NCBI GenBank assembly: GCA_022447825.1
Contig: JAKUTY010000002.1
Location: forward strand, 11,963 to 75,962
Length of the DNA: 64,000 bases
Direction of reading: 5' to 3'
Source of the DNA: SAR202 cluster bacterium
GTDB lineage: Bacteria > Chloroflexota > Dehalococcoidia > Lucifugimonadales > UBA826
Part shown: in pieces, positions 37,678-47,511 of the stretch
Layout of the letters: each line of letters starts with the position of its first letter
How positions within the stretch are numbered: position 1 is the first letter of the stretch
Made by a program: the position numbers and the translations under genes
The notes under the pieces: model-generated
Told to the model about the DNA's origin: nothing
The model's database searches: none
The model's input: the letters and a program-made list of their open reading frames with translations, nothing else

Positions 37678-39030
37678 ATGAACTTTATTGACTCAGTCAA
37701 CAGAACTTTTACTTTGGTAGATTTTGAAAGAAATCAGAATCTACCTGCACATTCTACTTTTCATTTGCAAAGAATCTCAGAATTTTTAGATAATCTTGAT
37801 AATCCTCATTTGAAGATTCCTACTATTCATGTTGCTGGAACTAAAGGTAAAGGGAGCGTTTGTTCACTCATAACTTCAATATTGACAAAAAATGACAAAA
37901 AAGTTGGACTAATTACCTCCCCTCATCTTCATAGTGTGACTGAAAGAATTAGATTGGGTTCTGATCCGATTGATCAAAATGATTTTATTGACTTGGTGAA
38001 TGAATTATGGCCAAAAGTTGAACATCATAATCATTCTAGTTCTTTTGGAGAGCTGACTTGGTTTGAATTTATGATTGCAGCAAGTTTTTATTATTTTGAA
38101 AAATGTGGGGTTGATTTTCAGGTAGTTGAAACAGGCTTAGGTGGAAGACTGGATGCCACTAATGTTGTACATCCTATTGTGAGTGTGATTACTTCAATTA
38201 GTTTGGATCATACAAAAATTTTAGGTGAAACTATAGAAGAAATTTCATTTGAGAAAGCCGGCATTATTAAATCAGGGATTCCCATAGTTTTATCTCCTCA
38301 AAAATTTGATGAAGCATTTGACGTGATTGCAGATATAGCAAGTCAACGAAATGCAGATTTGATAAGTGTTTCAGACTTATATCATGTAGAAAATGTACGC
38401 AATTTGCGTACATCTCAAGTATTTGATGTGAAATTACAAAATGTATCTTATCAATTTGAATTGGGATTATTGGGCGATTATCAAATTGAAAATGCGTTGA
38501 CAGCATTAGGCGCCATAAATGTTTTAAGATCTTCTGGTTTTGAAATATCTGATGAATCCATTTCGGAAGGTTGCAGGCAAGTGGTTTGGAGTGGCAGGTT
38601 TGAATACCTTAGTACTATTAATGATAGTTTTGAAATTTTAGTTGATGGAGCTCATAACGTTTATTCTATGGAGTGCGTAGTCCAAGAAATAAAAAACCTT
38701 AAATATGAAAAATTGATTGTGATATTTGGTGGATTAGGGTCACATGATTTAAAGGGAATGTTAGGTGTTTTGTCTTCATTAGATCCTATTTTAATTGGAG
38801 TTCATTCACGACACCCGAGATCAGTTCAATCTTCTTTAATTCAATTACAATCACATAATATGAAATTTAGAGACCAATTTTTCTTCGATTCTGTTGCAGA
38901 TGGATTTGACTATGCTAGTAAGATATCCGATAAGGGTGATTTAATTTTAGCTACTGGATCGTTATCAGTAGTTGCAGAAGTCATTGAATCTCATAAAGAA
39001 ATTCTACCTGAGTTGTATCAAAGTTTTTAG
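37678..39030 (+). CDS. folC: folylpolyglutamate synthase / dihydrofolate synthase
   Basis: Mur-ligase P-loop HVAGTKGKGS and TSPHL motif; 450 aa. Confidence 0.85.
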   Translation: MNFIDSVNRTFTLVDFERNQNLPAHSTFHLQRISEFLDNLDNPHLKIPTIHVAGTKGKGSVCSLITSILTKNDKKVGLITSPHLHSVTERIRLGSDPIDQNDFIDLVNELWPKVEHHNHSSSFGELTWFEFMIAASFYYFEKCGVDFQVVETGLGGRLDATNVVHPIVSVITSISLDHTKILGETIEEISFEKAGIIKSGIPIVLSPQKFDEAFDVIADIASQRNADLISVSDLYHVENVRNLRTSQVFDVKLQNVSYQFELGLLGDYQIENALTALGAINVLRSSGFEISDESISEGCRQVVWSGRFEYLSTINDSFEILVDGAHNVYSMECVVQEIKNLKYEKLIVIFGGLGSHDLKGMLGVLSSLDPILIGVHSRHPRSVQSSLIQLQSHNMKFRDQFFFDSVADGFDYASKISDKGDLILATGSLSVVAEVIESHKEILPELYQSF

Positions 39031-39035
39031 AGTTT

Positions 39036-40316
39036 ATGAAAGGATTGAAATTGCAAAACCAGCAAAATTTAAAAGATAAAAAAAGAGTTGTTGTAACTGG
39101 ATTAGGTGTCATGTCTCCATTAGGGGAAAGTGTGGATGAGTATTGGGATTCTCTCAAGAATTCGAAATCTGGTATATCAAACATTACTCTTTGCGATACG
39201 TCAGGTTTCCCATCTGCTATTGCAGGAGAGGTTTCAGGGTTTGACGCTGGTCAATATATAAATCCAAAAGAAGCTAGAAGAATGGCAAGATTTTCACAAT
39301 TAGCAGTTTCTGCAGCATCCACAGCAATAGAAGATTCTAAATTGGATTTTAACAAAGAGAATTTAGAAAGATTTGGAGTTGTGATGGGTAATGGAAATGG
39401 AGGTTTACCAACTACTGAAGAGAATGCAGAAGTTTTGTTTTCAAAAGGGGGTATGAAAATAAGTCCCTTTTTTGTTCCTATGATTTTACCTAATATGGCT
39501 GCAGCCCAGATTAGTAGAGTTTTTGGTATTAAAGGATATTCTTCTACAGTTATTACTGCTTGTGCTGCAGGAAATCAAGCAATTGGTGAGGCAACTGAAG
39601 TTATAAGAAGAGGTACTGCTGATGTGGTAGTAGCAGGAGGAACTGAGGCAGGTATCAGTAGGATTGGACTAGGTGGATTCCATGTAATTAAGGCCTTAAG
39701 TCGATTTTCAGGAGATCCTACATTAGCTAGTAAGCCATTTGATGCTAATCGAGATGGATTTGTTCCTGCTGAAGGAGCAGGAGTTTTGATTTTAGAAAGT
39801 TTAGAACATGCAGTGTCTAGAGGGGCAGAAATTAAAGCGGAAATAGTAGGTTATGGGATCACTTCTGATGCTTTTCATCCTGTTCAACCAGATGATACGG
39901 GTGATGGAGCTTCTAGAGCAATTAAGCTTGCTATGAGTGATGCAAATATTTCTGCTACTGATTTGGATTATATTAATGCTCATGGGACATCGACTCCTTT
40001 AAATGATGCTTCAGAAACTAAAGCTATCAAGAAAGCTTTGGGTGACCATGCCTATAAAATACCCATTAGTTCTACAAAATCTATGATTGGGCATGTATTA
40101 GGTGGTGCGGGAGCAATTGAAGGTGTTGCTGTGGTGAAATCGATACAAGAATCTATAATTCATCCAACAGTTAATCAAAATGTTCCTGATCCGGATTGCG
40201 ATTTGAATTATGTTCCAAATGTTAAATTGGACAAAAAAATTAACTTTGCTTTATCAAATAATTTTGGATTTGGTGGGCAGAACGCTTGCGTAATATTTGC
40301 AGATTTTAATCGTTAG
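39036..40316 (+). CDS. fabF: 3-oxoacyl-ACP synthase II
   Basis: Active-site context ITACAAG, HGTSTP, GHVLGGAG and NNFGFGGQN. Confidence 0.92.
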   Translation: MKGLKLQNQQNLKDKKRVVVTGLGVMSPLGESVDEYWDSLKNSKSGISNITLCDTSGFPSAIAGEVSGFDAGQYINPKEARRMARFSQLAVSAASTAIEDSKLDFNKENLERFGVVMGNGNGGLPTTEENAEVLFSKGGMKISPFFVPMILPNMAAAQISRVFGIKGYSSTVITACAAGNQAIGEATEVIRRGTADVVVAGGTEAGISRIGLGGFHVIKALSRFSGDPTLASKPFDANRDGFVPAEGAGVLILESLEHAVSRGAEIKAEIVGYGITSDAFHPVQPDDTGDGASRAIKLAMSDANISATDLDYINAHGTSTPLNDASETKAIKKALGDHAYKIPISSTKSMIGHVLGGAGAIEGVAVVKSIQESIIHPTVNQNVPDPDCDLNYVPNVKLDKKINFALSNNFGFGGQNACVIFADFNR

Positions 40317-40954
40317 AATTCTACTGATTCCATAAAATCTACATAAGTATTGAGGGTGATGTCGTTTCTGCGGTTTCTTAAGGCTTCTTCTCTGTCCCAA
40401 ATTTGGTCTTGTGATTCATTTGATTTAATTGAATCAAATCTTGTTTGTTCCCAGTGAGTTGGACTGTTGTACCCAGTTAATAATGTGATTTCAGTAGGAG
40501 TAGTAGACGATAGAGTTGTCCACATTCCAATGATACTAGCTCCCATTTTTTCCATTCTAGGCCATATACCATCTTCAGAACATTCTACAAATTCTTTAAC
40601 ATTAGATGATGATATATAAAATTTTCTGAGACCATAAAATGGCCTTCTATCTTCAGGGGGAATAATTTCCTTTGGCCGCGTACTTATTGATTGCAATAGA
40701 GAAACCGCTTCATGTTCTATAAATTCACTTCGGTCAACGGCCCACGCGCCTTGTGAAGTTTTTAAATCATCAAAGTTGTTAAAGGATGTAATCTGAACTA
40801 AGTGAGTTTTTGGTTTTCCAATTACTCCACCAACCACACATAAAATCTGGCCACCTGCTGTGCGAATTGATGGCCACACATTTGATCTGCAGTAGGCCAA
40901 ATATTCTGATAATTCACTTTTTTTAATAATAGTTTTTCTTTCTTCGGCTAGCAT
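40313..40954 (-). CDS. NIPSNAP-like (tandem dimeric alpha-beta barrel) protein
   Basis: Two repeats. The second (YGLRKFYISSSNVKEFVE...GMWTT...TLLTGYNSPTHWEQTR) fits the NIPSNAP pattern. Confidence 0.5.
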   Translation of the reverse strand: MLAEERKTIIKKSELSEYLAYCRSNVWPSIRTAGGQILCVVGGVIGKPKTHLVQITSFNNFDDLKTSQGAWAVDRSEFIEHEAVSLLQSISTRPKEIIPPEDRRPFYGLRKFYISSSNVKEFVECSEDGIWPRMEKMGASIIGMWTTLSSTTPTEITLLTGYNSPTHWEQTRFDSIKSNESQDQIWDREEALRNRRNDITLNTYVDFMESVEF

Positions 40955-41057
40955 GAATTTTTCTCAGATAAATAAAATTTAACAAAATGGTAAAATCTCA
41001 ATCTGTTTCATTGTAAATCAAAAACGTATAATAGATAAACAATGTTAGGAGGATGAG

Positions 41058-41786
41058 ATGTCAGTAATTACTTTAGGTGGATTAGCTGGTGGAGGAGCTA
41101 GAATATTAGGTCCAAAATTGTCTGAAAAATTAGGTGCTGATTATATCGATAGAAATATCATTTCTACTATAGCTGAAGAGTTGGGTGAGTCAGTTGAATC
41201 TATTGTTGCTAAAGAAGAGCAAGCTCCTTCAAGATCTCATAAGCTTGCATTAGCAATTAAAAAAATTATAGAACGATCTGGTGCAAGTTGGGGAGGAGAT
41301 CCATATTTTGGGTCTGGTTTTTCACATTTTTTTTCTGATAGTTATGAAGATTTGCCTGATATTTCTGAAACTAATCAACACGATTCTATAAATGATAGCT
41401 ACATTGAAGTAATTAAAAATACTATGACTAATTTAGCTACAGAGGGTAATGTGATTTTTCTTGGTAGAGGTGGTCATGTCATTTTAAAAGACTTTACTAA
41501 TGTTCTTCGTGTTGGAGTTGTTGCTCATCCTGAAGATAGAGTTCAAAATGTGATGAAAGTGGATGGTTTAGATGAGAAAGATGCTCTAATTGCTGTGAAA
41601 AATAGAGATTTAGCCAGAATCAATTATTTTAAAAAATACTTTTCAATAGATGAACCTGATAGGCCCGATTTATACCATCTGACCATAAATACTAGTGAAG
41701 TTAGTGTTGATTATGCATTAGATGTAATTGTTTCTGCACTACATGCATTGGAAGATGGAAAAATAGTAGGGCCATTACATATTTAA
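41058..41786 (+). CDS. cytidylate-kinase-like family P-loop protein
   Basis: N-terminal VITLGGLAGGGARILG degenerate P-loop; overall layout resembles cytidylate_kin2-type proteins. Confidence 0.55.
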   Translation: MSVITLGGLAGGGARILGPKLSEKLGADYIDRNIISTIAEELGESVESIVAKEEQAPSRSHKLALAIKKIIERSGASWGGDPYFGSGFSHFFSDSYEDLPDISETNQHDSINDSYIEVIKNTMTNLATEGNVIFLGRGGHVILKDFTNVLRVGVVAHPEDRVQNVMKVDGLDEKDALIAVKNRDLARINYFKKYFSIDEPDRPDLYHLTINTSEVSVDYALDVIVSALHALEDGKIVGPLHI

Positions 41787-41867
41787 TTAATGTATTGTGG
41801 TATTTTCATCTTTTATATAGAATGCACGAGCTTGTATCATTGGCAATAATCAGAAAGGTTAATTAAA

Positions 41868-42839
41868 TTGGCTCCTTTAATTGAAGTTAAAGACTTAAAA
41901 ACTCATTTTTTTACTCCTTCAGGAGTAGTTAAAGCTGTAAACGGAATCTCATATTCGGTTGATGAAGGTGAAGTGGTAGCCATAGTTGGTGAAAGTGGTT
42001 GTGGAAAAAGTGTTGGAGCTATGTCTATTATGCAATTAATCCCAAACCCTCCGGGTAGAATCGTCAATGGCGAAGTTTGGTTTCAAGGCAAAGATTTAAC
42101 TCAACTTTCAGATGCTGAAATGAGGGAAATTAGAGGGAACAAGATTGCTATGGTTTTTCAAGAACCCATGACTTCTCTTAACCCCGTTTTAACTGTCGGA
42201 AGACAACTTACAGAAACTTTGGAATTACATGAGGGAATGAATGATGATGAATCTCAAGCTCGTGCAACCGAGCTTTTAGAGATGGTTGGAATTCCTGATC
42301 CTGAATCTAGATTAAATGATTATCCTCATCAGTTTAGTGGAGGTATGAGGCAGAGAGTAATGATTGCGATGGCATTAAGTTGTAATCCTGATTTAATAAT
42401 AGCTGATGAACCTACAACTGCTCTAGATGTGACTATTCAAGCTCAGATCTTAGAATTAATGCAGAAGTTATCTAAAGAAACAGGTACTGCCTTAATTGTA
42501 ATTACACATAATTTAGGTGTAGTGGCTAGATATGCACATCGTGTGATTGTTATGTATGCGGGTAAAATAGTTGAAACCGCGAGTGCTGTCGAACTTTATA
42601 CTAATCCACAACATCCATATACAAGAGGTTTATTAAATTCTGTGCCTAGATTAGATGAACGAGTTTCTACTCGTTTGGAAGCAGTTGAAGGAATGCCTCC
42701 AAATTTAAGCAAGCCTACACTATGTCAAACTTGCGATGCACCTGAACCAGAATTAGTTTTAGTAAATGAAGATCATTGGGTTGCGAAATGTTCAAATGAC
42801 AGTTCATGTGCTGGATGGTTCCCTCGAGACTTAGAATAA
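41868..42839 (+). CDS. Opp/Dpp-type ABC transporter ATP-binding protein (OppD-like)
   Basis: Walker A GESGCGKS, signature FSGGMRQR, Walker B IIADEPTTALD. Oligopeptide-type C-terminal extension with HPYT and Cys residues. Confidence 0.85.
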   Translation: MAPLIEVKDLKTHFFTPSGVVKAVNGISYSVDEGEVVAIVGESGCGKSVGAMSIMQLIPNPPGRIVNGEVWFQGKDLTQLSDAEMREIRGNKIAMVFQEPMTSLNPVLTVGRQLTETLELHEGMNDDESQARATELLEMVGIPDPESRLNDYPHQFSGGMRQRVMIAMALSCNPDLIIADEPTTALDVTIQAQILELMQKLSKETGTALIVITHNLGVVARYAHRVIVMYAGKIVETASAVELYTNPQHPYTRGLLNSVPRLDERVSTRLEAVEGMPPNLSKPTLCQTCDAPEPELVLVNEDHWVAKCSNDSSCAGWFPRDLE

Positions 42840-42848
42840 GGAGAAAAA

Positions 42849-43874
42849 ATGGTTACTGCTACTAATGAAACATTATTAGAAGTTGAAGATTTACAAATGT
42901 ATTTTCCTGTTACATCAGGCATTGTTTTTCAACAAAAAGTTGCTGATGTGAAAGCTGTTGATGGCGTAAGTTTTACATTGAAAAAAGGTGAGACTCTAGG
43001 TTTAGTGGGAGAGAGTGGTTGTGGTAAAACTACAGCTGGTAGAACTATTCTTCAATTATACAAACCAACAGCTGGGTCAATTAAATTTAATGGGACAGAA
43101 TTGAACGGTTTAAAAGGCAACTCTTTAAGAGCTGTTCGTCGTGATATGCAAATGATTTTTCAAGATCCTTATGGTTCCCTTAATCCTAGAATGACATGTG
43201 GAGACATAGTTGGAGAACCATTAAAGGTTCATAAACTTACTTCTTCTAAATCTGAATATCAAGAAAGGGTTAGTGAATTATTAACTATTGTAGGATTAAG
43301 CCCATACATGGCAGAAAGGTACCCTCATGAATTCAGCGGAGGTCAAAGGCAAAGAATTGGGATTGCTAGAGCTTTAGCTGTTAATCCAAGTTTAATAATA
43401 TGTGATGAACCAGTTTCAGCTTTAGATGTTTCTATCCAAGCTCAAGTAATAAATTTATTAGAAGACTTACAAGAACAATTAGATTTGACATATATCTTCA
43501 TTGCTCATGATTTATCAGTTGTTAAGCATATAAGTGATAGGATTGCTGTGATGTATTTAGGTCATATTGTTGAAATTGCAGAAAGAAACGAGCTATATGA
43601 AAATCCTGTGCATCCTTATACTCAAGCTTTGTTGTCTGCTATTCCTATTGCTGATCCAGTTTTAGAGGCAACTAGGGAAAGGATTTTGCTGCGAGGCGGT
43701 GTCCCAAGTCCTATGAACCCTCCATCTGGGTGTTGTTATGAAAGAAAATGTCCAGACCCTGACAATTCAGGTGATCCTATAGAAATGAAGGAAGTTTCAC
43801 CAGGGCATTTTGTGGCTGTAGCCCAAGAGTGTTTTGATCAATACGGATGTTATTGGTTTCCTAGAGAAGGTTAA
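42849..43874 (+). CDS. Opp/Dpp-type ABC transporter ATP-binding protein (OppF-like)
   Basis: Walker A GESGCGKT, signature FSGGQRQR, Walker [16 protein letters not shown] and a Cys-rich C-terminal extension. Confidence 0.85.
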   Translation: MVTATNETLLEVEDLQMYFPVTSGIVFQQKVADVKAVDGVSFTLKKGETLGLVGESGCGKTTAGRTILQLYKPTAGSIKFNGTELNGLKGNSLRAVRRDMQMIFQDPYGSLNPRMTCGDIVGEPLKVHKLTSSKSEYQERVSELLTIVGLSPYMAERYPHEFSGGQRQRIGIARALAVNPSLIICDEPVSALDVSIQAQVINLLEDLQEQLDLTYIFIAHDLSVVKHISDRIAVMYLGHIVEIAERNELYENPVHPYTQALLSAIPIADPVLEATRERILLRGGVPSPMNPPSGCCYERKCPDPDNSGDPIEMKEVSPGHFVAVAQECFDQYGCYWFPREG

Positions 43875-43904
43875 AGTACTACAAAAGTAAGTCACTCTTA
43901 TCTA

Positions 43905-44906
43905 ATGCACTATTTTTCTAACGAAATTTTGGATAGAGTATTAGAATCATCTAATATTAGTGAAGGTTTTAATTCTCTCAGATTGTTTCTGAGATATGTA
44001 TTTGAAATAGGTCCCGTGTCTACAAAAGACATGTCTGCTTTGATAGGAATTCCTCTACCTGTAATTGCCTCTGTGAGAAAAGAACTTGAAAAAAATCGTA
44101 TTTTGATACGGTCAAATGGTATGGTTCTGTCAGATTTAGGGATTGATTTGATTAATCAGATGGGTATTTCTAAGAACATTAAAATCTCTGAAATTACTTC
44201 CTCCGAGGATATTTCACATCAGTTTGAAGATTTGATTCCAGAGCTAGAGAAAATTTGTTTAACTCGACCTTCTTATAATCCTAAAATTGATCAATCTCAT
44301 GTAACTATAGAAACTAGTATTAAGAGAGTTCAATATTTGATTAAAAATGATGCTTTTGAAGGAAGAGATATCTTAATATTGGGTGATGATGATCTTACTT
44401 CCTTAGCCATTTATTTGTGCATGAGAAAGTTTGATATTTATCCGAATAATATTTCTGTAGTTGATATAGATCATAGGATATTGGATTTTATTAATGGTCA
44501 CTATTCTCAAAGCAGGATAAAACCCAAATTAGTCAAAGTAGATTTATTAGAAGGAATAGATAAATCTTTATTAGGTCGACATGATGTTTTTATTACTGAT
44601 CCACCGTATACAGTTGATGGTTTTAAATTGTTTGTTTCAAATGCATTGAAATCTCTTAGAAGTGGCCCCGGCAATATTGGTATTATTTCTTTTCCTAATC
44701 CTCCAATAGGAAATTATTTATTGATGCAGCATTCACTGATTCAAATGGGATTATTATTTCGAGAGATGATTCCTGGATTTAATCATTATATTGGTGCTCC
44801 TATTCATGGGGGTAGGACGAATTTAATTCGATGTACAACATCTAATCAAATTAATTCAGATGTCGATATAGATTTGTCTAAAATTTATACTCATTCAAGA
44901 GGTTAA
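43905..44906 (+). CDS. DUF43 / BpsA-like aminopropyltransferase-fold protein with N-terminal winged-helix region
   Basis: ILILGDDDLTSLAI and DVFITDPPYTVDGFKLF match the DUF43 (branched-chain polyamine synthase BpsA) core motifs as I recall them; 333 aa. Confidence 0.65.
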   Translation: MHYFSNEILDRVLESSNISEGFNSLRLFLRYVFEIGPVSTKDMSALIGIPLPVIASVRKELEKNRILIRSNGMVLSDLGIDLINQMGISKNIKISEITSSEDISHQFEDLIPELEKICLTRPSYNPKIDQSHVTIETSIKRVQYLIKNDAFEGRDILILGDDDLTSLAIYLCMRKFDIYPNNISVVDIDHRILDFINGHYSQSRIKPKLVKVDLLEGIDKSLLGRHDVFITDPPYTVDGFKLFVSNALKSLRSGPGNIGIISFPNPPIGNYLLMQHSLIQMGLLFREMIPGFNHYIGAPIHGGRTNLIRCTTSNQINSDVDIDLSKIYTHSRG

Positions 44907-44910
44907 AATA

Positions 44911-45837
44911 CTGAATAGTTCAATTCAAAATTTAATTAGAAAGTCTGAAGAAATTGCAATACATCATTCTGAAATTTTTTCAACAATTTTTGAAAATGAA
45001 AATAAAACATCTTGGGCATATTTTTTCCCCTTTGTATTTTCTAATAATTTACCTCCTGGAAAAAAAATTTATATTTATGAAGATTCTGATTTGATATTGA
45101 TTTTTATTCATTACCTAAGAAATCCCGATCAAATTGAATTATTTTTCCCTCCTTTAATTCTGAATGATTTAACCATTAAACAATTTAATGAAATTTTCAA
45201 AAAAATAAATCAACCAAACATGAGATTTTTATGGGTAGATGAGAGAGACAAAAAGAAATTAGAAAATTATTTTGGAAACCAAATAGAAATTGAAAAAAAA
45301 TCATCTGAATATATTTTTGATCCAAAAAAAAATCATTCTTTAGAAGGCTCAGAATTCAGAGATATCAGAAAAAAGATTAATTCTGTTAAAAAATATCAGC
45401 CCCAATTTTCTTCTTTAAATCCCACTGATATTCCTGAAGTATTAGATTTATTGAAGAACTGGAGAAAACTACAAGGCAGAAAAAATAGTTTTTTATTAGA
45501 TTGGGGTTATACAAATTCAGCAGTTGAAAATATATTTGATCTTGATTCATCTATTATCAAAGCATGGAAAGTAGAAATCTCTTCTGAAATAGTTGCAGTA
45601 GGTATGGCAGGAAAAATTAATGAAGAAATAGCAAATATGTTTATTGCCAAAACTAATATGAATATTAAAGGATTATCAGAATTTTTGCGTTGGCGCATGT
45701 TCTGTGAGTTAAAAGAATTTTCATTTGTGAATGATGCCAGTGATTTAGGATTAACAGGGTTGAGGCAACATAAAATGAAATTTAGGCCAGTAGCTTTTCA
45801 GCCAATCTACACCGCCAATGTAATTCTGACGGTGTAG
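44911..45837 (+). CDS. DUF2156-family protein (aminoacyl-PG synthase C-terminal-like GNAT fold), start extended
   Basis: Family motifs SEYIFDPKKNHSLEGSEFRDIRKKIN and FVNDASDLGLTGLRQHKMKFRP. The track start is TTG 45091, but the frame is open from 44872 and encodes a family-like N-terminus (SWAYFFPFVFSNN...). No ATG/GTG/TTG lies upstream. CTG 44911 and ATA 44908 sit behind AGAGG. Confidence 0.6.
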   Translation: MNSSIQNLIRKSEEIAIHHSEIFSTIFENENKTSWAYFFPFVFSNNLPPGKKIYIYEDSDLILIFIHYLRNPDQIELFFPPLILNDLTIKQFNEIFKKINQPNMRFLWVDERDKKKLENYFGNQIEIEKKSSEYIFDPKKNHSLEGSEFRDIRKKINSVKKYQPQFSSLNPTDIPEVLDLLKNWRKLQGRKNSFLLDWGYTNSAVENIFDLDSSIIKAWKVEISSEIVAVGMAGKINEEIANMFIAKTNMNIKGLSEFLRWRMFCELKEFSFVNDASDLGLTGLRQHKMKFRPVAFQPIYTANVILTV

Positions 45838-45852
45838 ATTAACTATTTAAAA

Positions 45853-47496
45853 CTATTTTCCGTAAGTAGATATAGTTTCTTCTTCTTTGGTAATCATTTC
45901 TAGCAGGACAGGTTGCCCTGAAGCAGTGATTTCAAGAGCTCTTTCTACGGCTGGTTTAATGTCCTTAGGATTGGTAATTCTTTCTCCGTGAGCACCTAAG
46001 CTTGTCGCTGTATCAGAATAAATTCCACCTAATTCATTGCTTTTCCAGTTTTCAGTTGCATGAGGGAAATGGTCAGTGTAATGAGTCATTACTCCGTTAT
46101 TTAGAACTATAGTGATTGTTCCTAATTGAGATCGTACTCCAGTTTCTAAGTCTAATCCTGACATTCCAAATGCAGCATCACCCATTACGTTGATTACAGT
46201 TTTGTCAGGAGCTGCAACTTTTGCTCCCAATGCCAAGCCAAGGCCATATCCTAATTGAGTAGATTTACCCCATCCAATGTATGATCTAGGTGCTAATGCT
46301 GGCCAAAAAGGTACTAATTGGTTTCTAGGGTATCCTGAATCATGAGTGATAATGGTGTTTTTGGGGTCCACTGTATTCATCACTTCGTGGAATACTCTGT
46401 ATGGACTCATAGGAGTTTCATCAGAGGTCAGTCTGGGCATCCATTCATTCATGAATTCTGCTTTTATTTTTGCAACTTCATCTTTTGCTCCATTTACATC
46501 AGCTCTTCCGTGTTCGCCTAATTGAGATTTGGCTTCTTCAATCAATTGTCGTAATACTAGTTTTGCATCTCCCACAGCTCCAAATTGAACTCTGTAGTCT
46601 CTATTAATGTCTTCTGGAGTATTTGTTACTTGGGCTTTGATGACTTTTTCAGGCATTGGAACAGTAAAATTATTGATTACGAAACTTGTCCCTATTCCTA
46701 AGATGAAATCAGTCGTTTGTAGGAATCTATCTACCATTAATGTACCCGTATTTCCTCCTGTTCCTAATGCTAGAGGGTGATCTTCTGGGTACGCACTTTT
46801 TCCAGCCAAAGTTGTCATAACAGGTACATTTACTAGTTCGGAAAATTCGATTAATTCATCTGAGGCTTCAGCGTATAAAATTCCCTGCCCAGCATTTATT
46901 ATAGGTTTTTGTGCTTTTAACAAAGCAGATACTATGTCTCTGACATCTTCTGAAGCAGCAGCAGTTTTGTATTGTCTAGTAACTTGGTAATCTTCTATAT
47001 CTGAAGGCACTTCAGCTTTGCCAACATCACCCGGTAATTCTAATAAAACAGGTCCAGGACGACCATTTTTTATTTGAGTAAATGCTCTACTAACCATTTC
47101 TGGAATTCGCTCAACTGTATTTATTCTTCCAGCCCATTTTGTTATGTGTTGGTAGTTGGGAACAGAGTCAAAATTGGGATGTACTCCAACTCTTCTTTCA
47201 GTATACCCTCCAGGAATAATTAACATAGGTACATTATCGGCATAAGCTTGTGCTACTCCACCAAAAGCATTTTCAGACCCGGGGCCGTGCTGCATGGTGA
47301 ATACGCCTATTTTATTTCCATTATTGATTCTGCTATATGCATCAGCCATATTTACTCCGGCTCTTTCTTGCCGGCAAAGTATTGGACGAATTCCCTCTTG
47401 AGAACAAGCTTCAATTAAAGTTTGTGCAGGGAAGCATGAAATCCATTCGATTCCTTCTTTTTTCAGAATTTGAGCCATTAATTGGTCGCCATTCAT
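45853..47496 (-). CDS. thiamine-pyrophosphate enzyme (acetolactate synthase-like superfamily)
   Basis: N-terminal Pyr domain (QILKKEGIEWISCFP) and C-terminal GDAAFGMSG...NN TPP motif; 547 aa; AAGGAG SD. Confidence 0.8.
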   Translation of the reverse strand: MNGDQLMAQILKKEGIEWISCFPAQTLIEACSQEGIRPILCRQERAGVNMADAYSRINNGNKIGVFTMQHGPGSENAFGGVAQAYADNVPMLIIPGGYTERRVGVHPNFDSVPNYQHITKWAGRINTVERIPEMVSRAFTQIKNGRPGPVLLELPGDVGKAEVPSDIEDYQVTRQYKTAAASEDVRDIVSALLKAQKPIINAGQGILYAEASDELIEFSELVNVPVMTTLAGKSAYPEDHPLALGTGGNTGTLMVDRFLQTTDFILGIGTSFVINNFTVPMPEKVIKAQVTNTPEDINRDYRVQFGAVGDAKLVLRQLIEEAKSQLGEHGRADVNGAKDEVAKIKAEFMNEWMPRLTSDETPMSPYRVFHEVMNTVDPKNTIITHDSGYPRNQLVPFWPALAPRSYIGWGKSTQLGYGLGLALGAKVAAPDKTVINVMGDAAFGMSGLDLETGVRSQLGTITIVLNNGVMTHYTDHFPHATENWKSNELGGIYSDTATSLGAHGERITNPKDIKPAVERALEITASGQPVLLEMITKEEETISTYGK

Positions 47497-47511
47497 TTTT
47501 TTCTCCTTAGC

